Part shown: positions 1-8,673 of the stretch, piece after piece
Numbering within the stretch: position 1 is the stretch's first letter
Layout of the letters: each line of letters starts with the position of its first letter
IMG/VR virus record: IMGVR_UViG_3300042295_002426
Span: 1 to 57,323 of that record
Strand: one strand, 5' to 3'
From: a virus
Taxonomy: Duplodnaviria; Caudoviricetes
DNA: 57,323 nucleotides
Position numbers and translations under genes: made by a program
Notes under the pieces: model-generated
Told to the model about the DNA's origin: nothing
Databases searched by the model: none
Seen by the model: only the letters and a program-made list of their open reading frames with translations

Positions 1-1002
1 ATGGAAGAACTGGAGTTGGCGGTTGATTGCTGTCCTGACCAGAAGGCGCAGAAGCGTCTTAACACGATTCATTTGCTGCTATGCGGCGCCACCTTCGAAC
101 TCGCCCTCAAGCATGCCCGGGTCTCCGAGCGATGCCTGCAGAAGTGGATCTCCCGGTTCAACGAAGCTGGGATCAACGCGATCACTTACAGGCCGGTTCC
201 GGGTCGTCCCAGGTTGATGGAAAAGGAAGCCGTGGAGAGCGATATCCTCGCGGTGGTGGACAACCCAAGCCAAGCCAACCAGCATCATTGGACGGCGACG
301 AAACTGTGCGGTTGGCTGCGTGAGGAGAAGGGCCTCGACCTCTCGTATCGGACGCTGGTCCGCTACCTTCACGAACACGACTACGCCCGTCGCATCCCGC
401 GACCGTTCCCATTGCCATCCAAGCCCGAGGAGTGGGAGGAGCAGCGGGAAGTCTTCGTGGACAGGCTCTTCCCGCTGCTGGAAGATCCGAACTCGGAAGT
501 CTACTTCAGTGACGAGTGCGGCTTCGAGGGGGATCCGAGACCTCGCCAGAAATGGGTGAAGCGGGGATCGCGTCCGCGCATCGGCTACTACGGTGGCCAT
601 GTCAGGACTAACGTGATCGGAGCGGTGTCACCACGGTCGGGGCAACTCGTCAGTCTGATCGTGCCTTACTGCGACCGCTTCGTGTTCCAGCAGTTCCTCG
701 ACACGATGGCAGCGGAGGTTCCACGCCGGAAGGGCAAGACAGTCTACCTCGTTCTCGACAACGCGAGTTGGCACAAAGTGAAGTCACTCAACTGGCACCA
801 CATCACGCCACTCTACCTACCGCCCTACAGTCCTGATCTAAATCCGATCGAACGGCTCTGGCAGCATCTCAAGAGCTACTATCTTGCCGGTTTCCTCACC
901 AACGAGCACGAGGCACTCGACGCAAAGGTCGAGGAATCGATCCGGACACTCCTAGAAAAGCCCGAAACTCTCCGCTCGGTCTGCAAAACACACTCCGAAT
1001 AG
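1..1002 (+). CDS. IS630-family transposase
   Basis: N-terminal HTHs and DDE motifs YFSDECGF, LVLDNASWH and LPPYSPDLNPIERLW, typical of IS630/Tc1. Confidence 0.95.
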   Translation: MEELELAVDCCPDQKAQKRLNTIHLLLCGATFELALKHARVSERCLQKWISRFNEAGINAITYRPVPGRPRLMEKEAVESDILAVVDNPSQANQHHWTATKLCGWLREEKGLDLSYRTLVRYLHEHDYARRIPRPFPLPSKPEEWEEQREVFVDRLFPLLEDPNSEVYFSDECGFEGDPRPRQKWVKRGSRPRIGYYGGHVRTNVIGAVSPRSGQLVSLIVPYCDRFVFQQFLDTMAAEVPRRKGKTVYLVLDNASWHKVKSLNWHHITPLYLPPYSPDLNPIERLWQHLKSYYLAGFLTNEHEALDAKVEESIRTLLEKPETLRSVCKTHSE

Positions 1003-1027
1003 CCGCACACATTTTTGGCAAACAGTA
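1..1027 (+). mobile_element. IS630 element (left end outside window)
   Basis: Transposase followed by a short tail ending ...GGCAAACAGTA; the TA junction fits the IS630 target preference. Confidence 0.75.
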
Positions 1028-1516
1028 TAAAGCAAGCTCACGGCAACAATCGAGGAAGAAGAGGCTGACCCGTGGCTTCCGGGCGGCAATCTGCTCGATG
1101 ACCGATGCGATCGGAACGATCGTGTTCGACGTCAGCTTTTCATCCGAAACGGATGCGTCGATGCCAAGAAGACAAGGTTCCTTTTCAACTTGAAACCCGT
1201 GGCCCGAGAAGAAGAAGGCAGCTTCCGCGTTGATCGGTAGTTTCGCGGAGAAATTTCGAACCGAATCCTGGATTTCCTCCGCAGTGCAATCGGTGACGGA
1301 GACGACGCTGTAACCTGCCTTTTTGAGCGCACTGCCGAGTAGTTCCGCATCGCTGATCGCATTCTGAAGGGTGGGAAACGAGTCATCTTCCCGGTAGTTC
1401 GAATTTCCGATGATCAGGGCGAAGCGGTCGTCGGCAAGGGCGAATGAAGCGTCGGTCAGGACGACTAATGCAACAACAATCAGCCACTGAAAAAGCGATA
1501 TGGGTCGAACAAGCAT
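1028..1516 (-). pseudogene. Secreted caspase-like (peptidase C14) protein interrupted by IS630
   Basis: Signal peptide, ALIIGNSNY, FFSGHG and FLDCCR motifs; the frame runs into IS sequence a few codons after the catalytic Cys. Confidence 0.85.
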
Positions 1517-1795
1517 GACATCACCGGGAGAAGCTCCATATCCGAGTCCTCCGTAGTCCCTTCCGTCGTAGGTACGGCGCCGAAGGGAGTCAGGGGGCGA
1601 TTAGGGACACCACTGGCAAGTTTCGTGTCATGGGGGATGGAGAGTCAACCGTTTTCACGCATCTCTGGACCGTTTCAAGGACAGTCGCGGCTTTATATCA
1701 GCAATGCCCGCACATGGCGGGTGGAAAGGCGGCGGTGGAAGCGCGGCCCGTCGAAGCCGGACTCCTTCGCGACAGCGCCCGGATAGGCGGTTTGC

Positions 1796-2632
1796 TCATT
1801 GGGAAAAGATTTCAGAAGGACTCTGTAACTCACGTAGTCTGCCTTGTACTTCTTCAAGGTTGCGTAGCACAGATGACTTTTGCAGTTCGATTGCTACATT
1901 TAGGGCAACCGCTACGCCGAGAAAGACGAAAGCTGAAGCAAGGCCACCAAATATGTAATTCTTGACGCCGAACTTGCTGCGGTAATACAAATAAGCGGGA
2001 AATGCGACAATCCAGAATCCGATGCCGCAGATGAACCAACCGGCGGGTCCCATGGAGAGGAATCCGCCGCGCTTGCTGCTCATTCCGAGTTTGCTTGCCT
2101 CGACCGCCATTAAAGTGGATGTAGCTAATACGGTTACTATGGTAATGCCCATCAGAGTCGATCCGGGACTCTGGAGGAGGTTCATGCTGCTAATCCAAAA
2201 CCACATGAGCGCTGCGGATGCGACCGGAAGCAACATGATGACCATACCAATTGCGTCCGATGGCTCTTTTGTGGGGTTAGCGGCAGCGCGAGTTGTCGCG
2301 TCAAGAAGCTCGCCACAATGCTTACACTTCTTTGCGGCAATCAAAATCTCCTCTCCGCACATCGGGCAAGCCTTGGTGACTGTCCAGTTGGAGTTGGTAG
2401 GACTTGATGAGCGCACGGTCTGTCTCTGGATGTTTTCTGGGGCTATCGCGGTCTGTGCCGGGCGAGCTGGACCAGTGGCAATGACCGTCGAAAGCGGTTG
2501 CCATACCTGTGCACCCTCCTGACAGACTTGTGCTGTATTCGGAATCATACCCAATTCGAAATAGCTGGTCAGTTCACTGAGGGTGCAGGGGCCGTCGACC
2601 GCGGTTCCGTCGATTGAGTAGTAGAAGTTCAT
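1796..2632 (-). CDS. GYF_2/DUF4339 domain + zinc ribbon + membrane protein
   Basis: MNFYY..DGPCTLSEL..VCQEG..WQPL (GYF_2-like), CPMCGE..CKHCGE zinc ribbon, about 4 TM helices; start chosen at ATG 2632. Confidence 0.8.
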   Translation of the reverse strand: MNFYYSIDGTAVDGPCTLSELTSYFELGMIPNTAQVCQEGAQVWQPLSTVIATGPARPAQTAIAPENIQRQTVRSSSPTNSNWTVTKACPMCGEEILIAAKKCKHCGELLDATTRAAANPTKEPSDAIGMVIMLLPVASAALMWFWISSMNLLQSPGSTLMGITIVTVLATSTLMAVEASKLGMSSKRGGFLSMGPAGWFICGIGFWIVAFPAYLYYRSKFGVKNYIFGGLASAFVFLGVAVALNVAIELQKSSVLRNLEEVQGRLRELQSPSEIFSQ

Positions 2633-2901
2633 GGCTGATTGCGGGCGAAAGGGTGTAGAAACAGAATTAGTCCAACTTGCTATCTTGCGGAAAACTTCCG
2701 AGTGAAGAAATCGGCGATCATTGGCGCTGACCGACGAAGGCGTAAAAGACTTACAAGTCCATCGAATAATCGCAAGACAAATTCGCGAAACCAATTTAGC
2801 GCATGATTTTCACATAAATTATGAAAATTTATCGCTTTAAAACAGGTGAGTAGTGATCCCAGTTCAAGGCTTTGAAGATTCCAAAAACGGCCATTGAAAC
2901 A

Positions 2902-3392
2902 AAGGAAACTTCACCTCCTAGCGGGTGAAGGTGGCAGCACCCAATGACCGGTTGTCTCTTCAGCGGCACAAACCTTGAGGAGTTCGCCGCCTGCGTTCAG
3001 CGCGCCCTGCTCGATCTGGGCGAGGACCCGTCCCTCGCAAGGGACCAGATCCACGAGACGACTGCGAAGAGCCTGTTTGAGCGAGGCCATCATGACCTCG
3101 TCCAGACCGTGAAGAAAGTCCCCCGGGCGCCCGGCCAATACGCCTCCGGCGCCAAGGCTGACTTCCTCAAGTGGTGGCGCGAGAGCCCCGTTTACGGACT
3201 CATCCACGGCAAGGCGAGCCGGGGCGAGGCCGTGTTCGTCGAGCAGGCGGAAGGGGATCGCCGAGCGGCGATCTGCGTGAACTGTCCCCACAACGTCATC
3301 CCGGCCGGGAACGGGTGGCTGCAAAACTGGACCGACGGCCAGATGCTGAAGTCGGTCGAGGGCCGCACTACCGCGAGCCAGGATCGCCTCGG
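2902..3392 (+). pseudogene. Decayed paralog of prophage gene 51404-52063
   Basis: Shares FLKWWRESP, CPHNVIPAG.GWLQNWTDGQMLKSVEGRTTASQDRLG with 51404; in-frame TGA at 2926 where the intact copy has Trp; truncated at ~3392. Confidence 0.9.
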
Positions 3393-3425
3393 GTTTTCCT
3401 CCGTAACCCCTTGATTAAGAAGGGA

Positions 3426-3467
3426 AGCCAACTGTCGGACTCGAACCGACGACCGGCTGATTACAAA
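3426..3467 (-). tRNA. 3' half of tRNA-Thr(UGU); prophage attachment core (attR-like)
   Basis: Minus strand TTTGTAATCAGCCGGTCGTCGGTTCGAGTCCGACAGTTGGCT contains the anticodon loop TGT, T-arm GGTTCGAGTCC and acceptor 3' strand; the 5' half is absent. Confidence 0.9.
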
Positions 3468-3515
3468 GCACACGTTTCGGTATTAAGATCCCTATTTGGC
3501 GGGCTTTGCGGGCCG

Positions 3516-3536
3516 TGATGCCACATTTGATGCCAT
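3516..3536 (+). repeat. TGATGCCA direct repeat pair, candidate integrase arm-type sites
   Basis: TGATGCCAC (3516) and TGATGCCAT (3528), 12-bp period, about 50 bp inside the att core. Confidence 0.5.
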
Positions 3537-3560
3537 TTTGAAATTTCTGCTGTTTTTAAA

Positions 3561-3854
3561 TCAGCAGTCGCTGGCGACCGGTGATGCCACCGTTGCACCC
3601 ACTCTTACACCGTTCTCGAAGGAGCGTTTTACGGAGAGGTTGGCGAAGGTCCGGTCTTTCGAGGCGTAGCAGTTTGCCCCGGTCGTCGTGTTGGCCGCGT
3701 CGAAGATTTCCAGCTCGCGGGAGCCGAGCCAGACCTCGGTCGGCTGGATGCCCTGGCGAACGGCCTCGGCGATGAGGCGGTGGATCTCGGCCGTGAGGGA
3801 TGCAAACTCGGCCGCGGACCTATGGGTGCGGTACGGGACGATGGTTTCGCTCAT
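3561..3854 (-). CDS. Hypothetical phage protein
   Basis: Clean ORF from ATG 3854; no recognised motif. Confidence 0.55.
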   Translation of the reverse strand: MSETIVPYRTHRSAAEFASLTAEIHRLIAEAVRQGIQPTEVWLGSRELEIFDAANTTTGANCYASKDRTFANLSVKRSFENGVRVGATVASPVASDC

Positions 3855-3861
3855 CGGGCGG

Positions 3862-3905
3862 GAGCATTTTGAGTTGTCATCGGTAAGGAGTCTGGGCAAA
3901 AACGT
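3862..3905 (+). repeat. ~44-bp direct repeat, copy 1
   Basis: GAGCATTTTGAGTTGTCATCGGTAAGGAGTCTGGGCAAAAACGT; near-identical copy at 4249-4291. Confidence 0.9.
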
Positions 3906-3922
3906 GCTAAGCTTCGTGAAAG

Positions 3923-4243
3923 ATGAGCGATCATGACTTCAACCGTCCCTTCCTCGATTTGGATTCGATGGAACTGTTTACGGCGATTCGCCTGAAGGAT
4001 GCGCGGAGGTTCGGGCGGACCGTCAGGGCTTTCCATCTCTCCAATCGGGAGTACCAGCACCGCTTCAACGAGCTTGGAGCGAAGAATAATATGAAGCCGC
4101 CTCCAAGCAGCTACATTCACATCATGCCGGGCTATCTGGTGGTGCGGAACCTGGGGACCGCGCGACAATACGAGACTTGGATGCCGAGTGATGTGTTCGA
4201 GGAATTGTATGAGAAGAAGAAGAACTCGGGGACAAGCTCGTGA
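3923..4243 (+). CDS. Hypothetical protein between the direct repeats
   Basis: 106-aa ORF that fills the inter-repeat space. Confidence 0.7.
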   Translation: MSDHDFNRPFLDLDSMELFTAIRLKDARRFGRTVRAFHLSNREYQHRFNELGAKNNMKPPPSSYIHIMPGYLVVRNLGTARQYETWMPSDVFEELYEKKKNSGTSS

Positions 4244-4248
4244 GCCAC

Positions 4249-4291
4249 GAGCGTTTTGAGTTGTCATCGGGAAGGAGTCGGGGCAAAACGT
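4249..4291 (+). repeat. ~44-bp direct repeat, copy 2
   Basis: GAGCGTTTTGAGTTGTCATCGGGAAGGAGTCGGGGCAAAACGT, directly upstream of ATG 4295. Confidence 0.9.
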
Positions 4292-4294
4292 AGC

Positions 4295-4648
4295 ATGCGT
4301 AGTCGCAACCGCTCTGTGAAACTTCCCAACGCCCTGATGGATGCCGGTGAACGCCGGGCCGAGGGACTGGGTTATGGATCGTTCAACGCCTACATCGCGG
4401 CGCTGATCCGCTATGACCTGATGGTGCGCGGCGCACACCACGTGACGCTGCCGGTGGCGCGGATGAAGCTGGAGGACCAGGATGCGATCGACGACGAGCT
4501 GCTGAGGATCGAGGAGTCGGGCGAAGGGGCCCGCGGGGTCTTCCTGGAGCACCTGATGGAGCGGGTCCTGGAGCGGGGCGGAAAGCTCGACGGAGAGGCA
4601 ATCGCCAACGAGGCAAAGCGAAAGCAGGCAAAACCTAAGGGCAGTTAA
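4295..4648 (+). CDS. Putative ribbon-helix-helix DNA-binding protein
   Basis: NRSVKLPNALMDAGERRAEGLGYGSFNAYIAALIRYDL fits the RHH beta-alpha-alpha pattern. Confidence 0.6.
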   Translation: MRSRNRSVKLPNALMDAGERRAEGLGYGSFNAYIAALIRYDLMVRGAHHVTLPVARMKLEDQDAIDDELLRIEESGEGARGVFLEHLMERVLERGGKLDGEAIANEAKRKQAKPKGS

Positions 4649-4773
4649 AAATCGGTGTTACCCGGTGTTACCGGATCGTGCTGGACACTGTTCGCCTGGG
4701 CAGTATGATGCTCACGACACAAGACGCGACATGGACACAAGACTCGAATTCACCGCCCCCCTTTCCGCCCGGC

Positions 4774-4977
4774 TTATTCCGAGGCGTTGTTCTTTGACTT
4801 GGGGCGTGGGTCTTGGCTGAGCTTCTCGCTGAGGAGCATCTCGAGCCAGTTCGACAGGCTGCGATTCTCCTCCCCGGCCGCCTTCTTCGCGGCGGCGAGA
4901 AGATCCCCCCGAAGGGAGATACTCGTCTGGGTCTTCCCTTCAGCACGGACTCCGTGGCGGGTGGTTTTCTTCTTCAT
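4774..4977 (-). CDS. RHH (Arc/CopG-like) repressor, leftward gene of the switch
   Basis: TQTSISLRGDLLAAAKKAAGEENRSLSNWLEMLLSEKL. Confidence 0.8.
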   Translation of the reverse strand: MKKKTTRHGVRAEGKTQTSISLRGDLLAAAKKAAGEENRSLSNWLEMLLSEKLSQDPRPKSKNNASE

Positions 4978-4983
4978 CAGAAA

Positions 4984-5061
4984 ATAATACACCCTGATAC
5001 ATTTTGTTCAATCAAATTCTTGCCCTGCAAACAATCACACCATACGATGGTGTATCACACC
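4984..5061. promoter_or_regulatory. Divergent promoters and operator
   Basis: Rightward TTGCCC(5020)-N17-TACGAT(5043) with the -10 inside palindrome ACACCAT-ACG-ATGGTGT (5037-5053); leftward TTGAAC-N16-TATTAT; extra ACACC half-sites. Confidence 0.7.
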
Positions 5062-5072
5062 AAAGGATAACG

Positions 5073-5330
5073 ATGAAAATCAGCACCACGGTCAGTCTGG
5101 ATGGAGAGCTCCTGGAGGGGGCTCGGGCCTTCGCCCGATCCGAGAGGCGATCGCTGTCAGCGCAGATCGAAACTTGGATCGAGGAAAAGCTGACGGGCGA
5201 TGAGCCGGCCCCGGTCGAAGGGCGGGCGGAAGTCCCGCATCACCTGACCCCGGACCCGGAAGCGGACCTCGCGAAGCGGACCGTGGTGCGGGTCTCCGAT
5301 CAACCTCTCACGAAAGGAATGAAACAATGA
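5073..5330 (+). CDS. RHH repressor, rightward (Cro-equivalent) gene
   Basis: ISTTVSLDGELLEGARAFARSERRSLSAQIETWIEEKL; similar to 4774-4977. Confidence 0.8.
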   Translation: MKISTTVSLDGELLEGARAFARSERRSLSAQIETWIEEKLTGDEPAPVEGRAEVPHHLTPDPEADLAKRTVVRVSDQPLTKGMKQ

Positions 5331-5524
5331 ACACGGCAATGACGCACCTGCTCACCCCCGAACAACTGGCGGAACGCTGGCAGGTCTCGAAGAAGACAAT
5401 CCTCAACTGGTGCTACGCGGGCCGTCTGCCCTTTGCGACGCATCTCGGCAACAAATGGCGCTTCCACGAGGCCGACGTGGAGAAGCACGAGCGCAATCTG
5501 CGCGTCGGCAAGGTCGCCAAGTGA
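5327..5524 (+). CDS. Excisionase-like HTH_17 protein
   Basis: LLTPEQLAERWQVSKKTILNW..GRLP..GNKWRF. Confidence 0.85.
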   Translation: MNTAMTHLLTPEQLAERWQVSKKTILNWCYAGRLPFATHLGNKWRFHEADVEKHERNLRVGKVAK

Positions 5525-5556
5525 ACCACCTCTTTTTTTACAACGAACCCACTAAC

Positions 5557-6573
5557 ATGAATACCCTGCTCGATACCATGAAAGGCGGCCTCAAGCCGCG
5601 TCCCCAGCGAGTCGTGATCTACGCGCCCGAAGGGCTCGGGAAGACGACGCTCGCGAGTCAGTTCCCCGCCCCCTTGTTCTTCGACTTCGAGGGCGGGACG
5701 CACCACATCGATGCCGTCCGCGTCGAACCGAAGACGCTCGAGGAAACTGAGGCCGCCCTGGTCGCGATCTCGAAGAAGGATCCGGCGGCTTTCGGCGTCA
5801 GGACGGTGGTGATCGACACGATCGACTGGCTCGAAAGTCTCATGATCGAGGCGGTCTGCCGGGAAGGGAAGAAGGACTCGATCGAGGACTTCGGCTACGG
5901 CAAGGGCTACACGTATCTGGCCGAGCGGATGCTGAAGTTCCTCGGGATCCTCGATGCGGTGAAGAACGCGGGATTCCATGTCGTGCTGCTCGCGCACAGC
6001 GAGATCAAGAAGTTCGAGCTGCCGGACGCGGCGGGCCAATTCGACCGCTACAAGCTGAAGCTGGTGAAGCAGAACGAGCCGCTCGTGAAGGAGTGGGCGG
6101 ATGCGCTGCTCTTCGGCAACTGGAAGACGCAGGTGGCGGAGAAGGACAACGGGAAAGAGCGTCTCGTGGGCGGCAAGACCCGCGTCCTCTTCTGCAACCG
6201 CAGCGCGGCGTATGACGCGAAGAACCGCTACGGGCTCAAGGACGAGGAGGGATGGAACATTGCGACGATCTCCAAGGGGTTCGCCGCGATCGGAGCGCCC
6301 TGGGAAATGGCCGCCCCCGAGGCTGCGGCGAAGGTCCGTCGAGACGAGGAGCCGGATGCCGATGTGATCCCGGGGTTCCCTGAACCGGATGTGGCGGAAC
6401 TGGAGAAGCTCCTCGGCAAGCACGAGGTGGTGGTCAATGCCTTCCTCGTGACGCGCGGGGAGATTCGGGAGGGGCAGACCTTCCGTGAAGTGACGGCGGC
6501 CTACCGGAAACGGATCCTGACGCAGCCGGTGAAATTCCTCAACGCCGCAACGGCCCGACTGGTGGCCGCCTGA
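5557..6573 (+). CDS. AAA_24 ATPase (Sak4-like single-strand annealing protein)
   Basis: VIYAPEGLGKTT Walker A, FFDFEGGT, VVIDTIDW, GYGKGY, DAKNRYGL. Confidence 0.88.
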   Translation: MNTLLDTMKGGLKPRPQRVVIYAPEGLGKTTLASQFPAPLFFDFEGGTHHIDAVRVEPKTLEETEAALVAISKKDPAAFGVRTVVIDTIDWLESLMIEAVCREGKKDSIEDFGYGKGYTYLAERMLKFLGILDAVKNAGFHVVLLAHSEIKKFELPDAAGQFDRYKLKLVKQNEPLVKEWADALLFGNWKTQVAEKDNGKERLVGGKTRVLFCNRSAAYDAKNRYGLKDEEGWNIATISKGFAAIGAPWEMAAPEAAAKVRRDEEPDADVIPGFPEPDVAELEKLLGKHEVVVNAFLVTRGEIREGQTFREVTAAYRKRILTQPVKFLNAATARLVAA

Positions 6574-6634
6574 TTCCTGGCCGGGATCGTCCTCCCCGCA
6601 GGGACGACCCCGGACCCACCCTTTCCAAACCATC

Positions 6635-7645
6635 ATGGACATCAGACCTTCCCTACTCCCCCGGATCGCGGCGTGCGCTTGCTTCGATCCCGAGCCGAAT
6701 CCCGGCGCCGCCGCCAACCGAGGCAGCGAGATCGACTTCCACTTCCGCGCCATCCTTTCGACGGAGGGTCCGGCGCGAGCCGAAGCGGTCGGGACGGCGG
6801 CTTTCAGCCTGGACGAGGACTCGGCCGAATCGCTGGCGTGGGCCTGTGAAATGGCCGGACTGCTCGCCGGGGACTACAAGCTGCTCGCCCGCGACGAGGA
6901 TCTCCGCATCGAGGCTTGCGGCATGACGGGCACGGCTGACCTGGCTTGTCCGGCGGGCCAGTGGAGTGCGGATCTCAAGACCGGTCAGATCCACAACTAC
7001 CGAGAACAGCAGGCGGCCTACGCGCTGGGGTTCATGGACAAATACTTCGAGGACGAGTGGACGGTCTACCTCCTCTACTGCGACCAACGCGAGTATGTCC
7101 GGCTCTCCTTCACGCGGGAGGAGGCCGAGCGGGTGGTGCGCGAGCAGATCGCGCGCCGCGCCAATCCGGAGCGGGTGCCGACGCCCTGCGACTACTGCGG
7201 GTGGTGCGAGAACCGGTTCCGCTGCATCCCGCGCCTGGAGCAGGCGATGCCGTTGGTCCCGGTCGTGGACGCGGAAGTCCCGGAGCAGGCTTTCGAGGCG
7301 GTGCTCGCGGACAATGCGAAGGCGGTCGCCTTTCTCCATGCGTGCCGGACCGTCCGGGATCTGGAGGAGAAGGCACGGGAAACGATCAAGGACCGTCTCC
7401 TCGCCGGAAAGGGCGAGGGGCTCAAGATCCCCGGCGTTTCACTCGTTTCGAAGAAGGGCAGCGAGGTGCTGCCGACGGAGGAACTGCTCGAGGTGGCCAA
7501 GAAGATCGGGCCGAAAAAACTCCTCGCCGCACTCGGATCGATCTCCAAGGCGAAGGCCGAAAAACTGTTCGCGGAGGCGGAGCTGGAACTGCCCGCCGAC
7601 AAGCTCATCGAGACCGCAGGATCGGTCTACATCCAGGTCCGCTGA
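6635..7645 (+). CDS. PD-(D/E)XK exonuclease (Cas4-like phage nuclease)
   Basis: GTADL..ADLKTG..QQAAYA and PCDYCGWC..RC cysteine cluster; follows the Sak4 gene. Confidence 0.85.
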   Translation: MDIRPSLLPRIAACACFDPEPNPGAAANRGSEIDFHFRAILSTEGPARAEAVGTAAFSLDEDSAESLAWACEMAGLLAGDYKLLARDEDLRIEACGMTGTADLACPAGQWSADLKTGQIHNYREQQAAYALGFMDKYFEDEWTVYLLYCDQREYVRLSFTREEAERVVREQIARRANPERVPTPCDYCGWCENRFRCIPRLEQAMPLVPVVDAEVPEQAFEAVLADNAKAVAFLHACRTVRDLEEKARETIKDRLLAGKGEGLKIPGVSLVSKKGSEVLPTEELLEVAKKIGPKKLLAALGSISKAKAEKLFAEAELELPADKLIETAGSVYIQVR

Positions 7646-7681
7646 TTTTTTCCAACCCCAACCTCAACCCCAAATCAAATC

Positions 7682-8080
7682 ATGGCTATCACCTACACTA
7701 CTGGCTCCCCGACTGAGGGAGGAATCGAATCGGTCCTTGCACCAGGGCGCTACCCGTTCCGGGTCGTCGAAGCGAAGGAGAAGAAGTCCTCCGCCGGAAA
7801 TCCGATGATCGAGTTCAAGGCTCGCGTCATCAAGGAGGATGGGACGACGGGACGCGCTGTCTACGGGAATCTCGTCTTCACGGCGAAGGCTCTCTGGAAG
7901 GTGGACCAGTTCGTCGCGGCATGCGGCAGGCACCCGGGCGAGGGGCAGGACTGCGAGCTCGACCCGGACGAAATGATCGGATGGGAATTCGATGCGGACA
8001 TCGTCCTGGAGCAAGACCCGAAGGGCCGGGACCGCAACGAGTTCGCGAACTTCATCACCCCAAACGAAACGGCATTCTGA
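7682..8080 (+). CDS. DUF669-like ssDNA-binding protein
   Basis: LAPGRYPFRVVEAKEKKSSAGNPMIEF pattern; context of Sak4 and exonuclease. Confidence 0.75.
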   Translation: MAITYTTGSPTEGGIESVLAPGRYPFRVVEAKEKKSSAGNPMIEFKARVIKEDGTTGRAVYGNLVFTAKALWKVDQFVAACGRHPGEGQDCELDPDEMIGWEFDADIVLEQDPKGRDRNEFANFITPNETAF

Positions 8081-8082
8081 TC

Positions 8083-8250
8083 ATGGGCCGGATCTGCCTC
8101 GTGCTGCTGATCTACGGAGCGACTGCCACGGTGGCGTGGCTCTGCGCCCTGAACGATCTGTTCGACGAACGGCGCGAATCGCGTCAGGCGTGGGAGCAAG
8201 TCCAGGAACTCCGCGCCTCGGTTGCGGCAGGGGTGCCAGTGCGATTCTGA
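8083..8250 (+). CDS. Small membrane protein
   Basis: One hydrophobic helix, tightly packed in the operon. Confidence 0.5.
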   Translation: MGRICLVLLIYGATATVAWLCALNDLFDERRESRQAWEQVQELRASVAAGVPVRF

Positions 8251-8252
8251 CG

Positions 8253-8612
8253 ATGACCAATCAGGACCAACTGCTCCTCATCATGAAGGAGGTCTTCGGT
8301 CCTGACGAGGTCGAGACGGAATGGCGTTTCCACCCGGTGCGTCGGTGGCGCTTCGACTACGCGGTGCCATCGAAAAAGGTCGCGGTCGAATACCAAGGGC
8401 ACGGAAAGATGGGCGGCGGATCCGGTCACATCGGTGGGCATGCCTCGGTGATGGGACTGACCGGTGACGCGGAGAAGTTCAACGCGGCTGAAATCCTCGG
8501 CTGGCGCGTGATCCTTTTCACGGCGCTGCATTTCCGCGAAAGGGACCGCAAGAGGCACAATCTGACCGCGCCCCTGGAAACCCTCCAATCCCTCGCCTCG
8601 GAGATTGCCTGA
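8253..8612 (+). CDS. Restriction-endonuclease-fold (Vsr/DUF559-like) nuclease
   Basis: EWRFHPVRRWRFDYA..KVAVEYQG..DAEKFNAA..GWRVI. Confidence 0.8.
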   Translation: MTNQDQLLLIMKEVFGPDEVETEWRFHPVRRWRFDYAVPSKKVAVEYQGHGKMGGGSGHIGGHASVMGLTGDAEKFNAAEILGWRVILFTALHFRERDRKRHNLTAPLETLQSLASEIA

Positions 8613-8673
8613 TGCGCCCCAACCCGGAATTGAAGTGCTTCGCGGGGGCGGCCCCGGGAGGAAGGAGGGCGGC

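Noticed and set aside
1517-1795. attC site between the GYF and caspase genes
   Set aside because: No AAC...GTT-bounded palindrome seen.
3426-3467. Functional tRNA gene
   Set aside because: The D-arm and 5' acceptor strand are missing; it is only the att duplication.
6635-7645. cas4 of a CRISPR-Cas locus
   Set aside because: No other cas genes or array; it sits in the standard Sak4-exonuclease-SSB recombination module.
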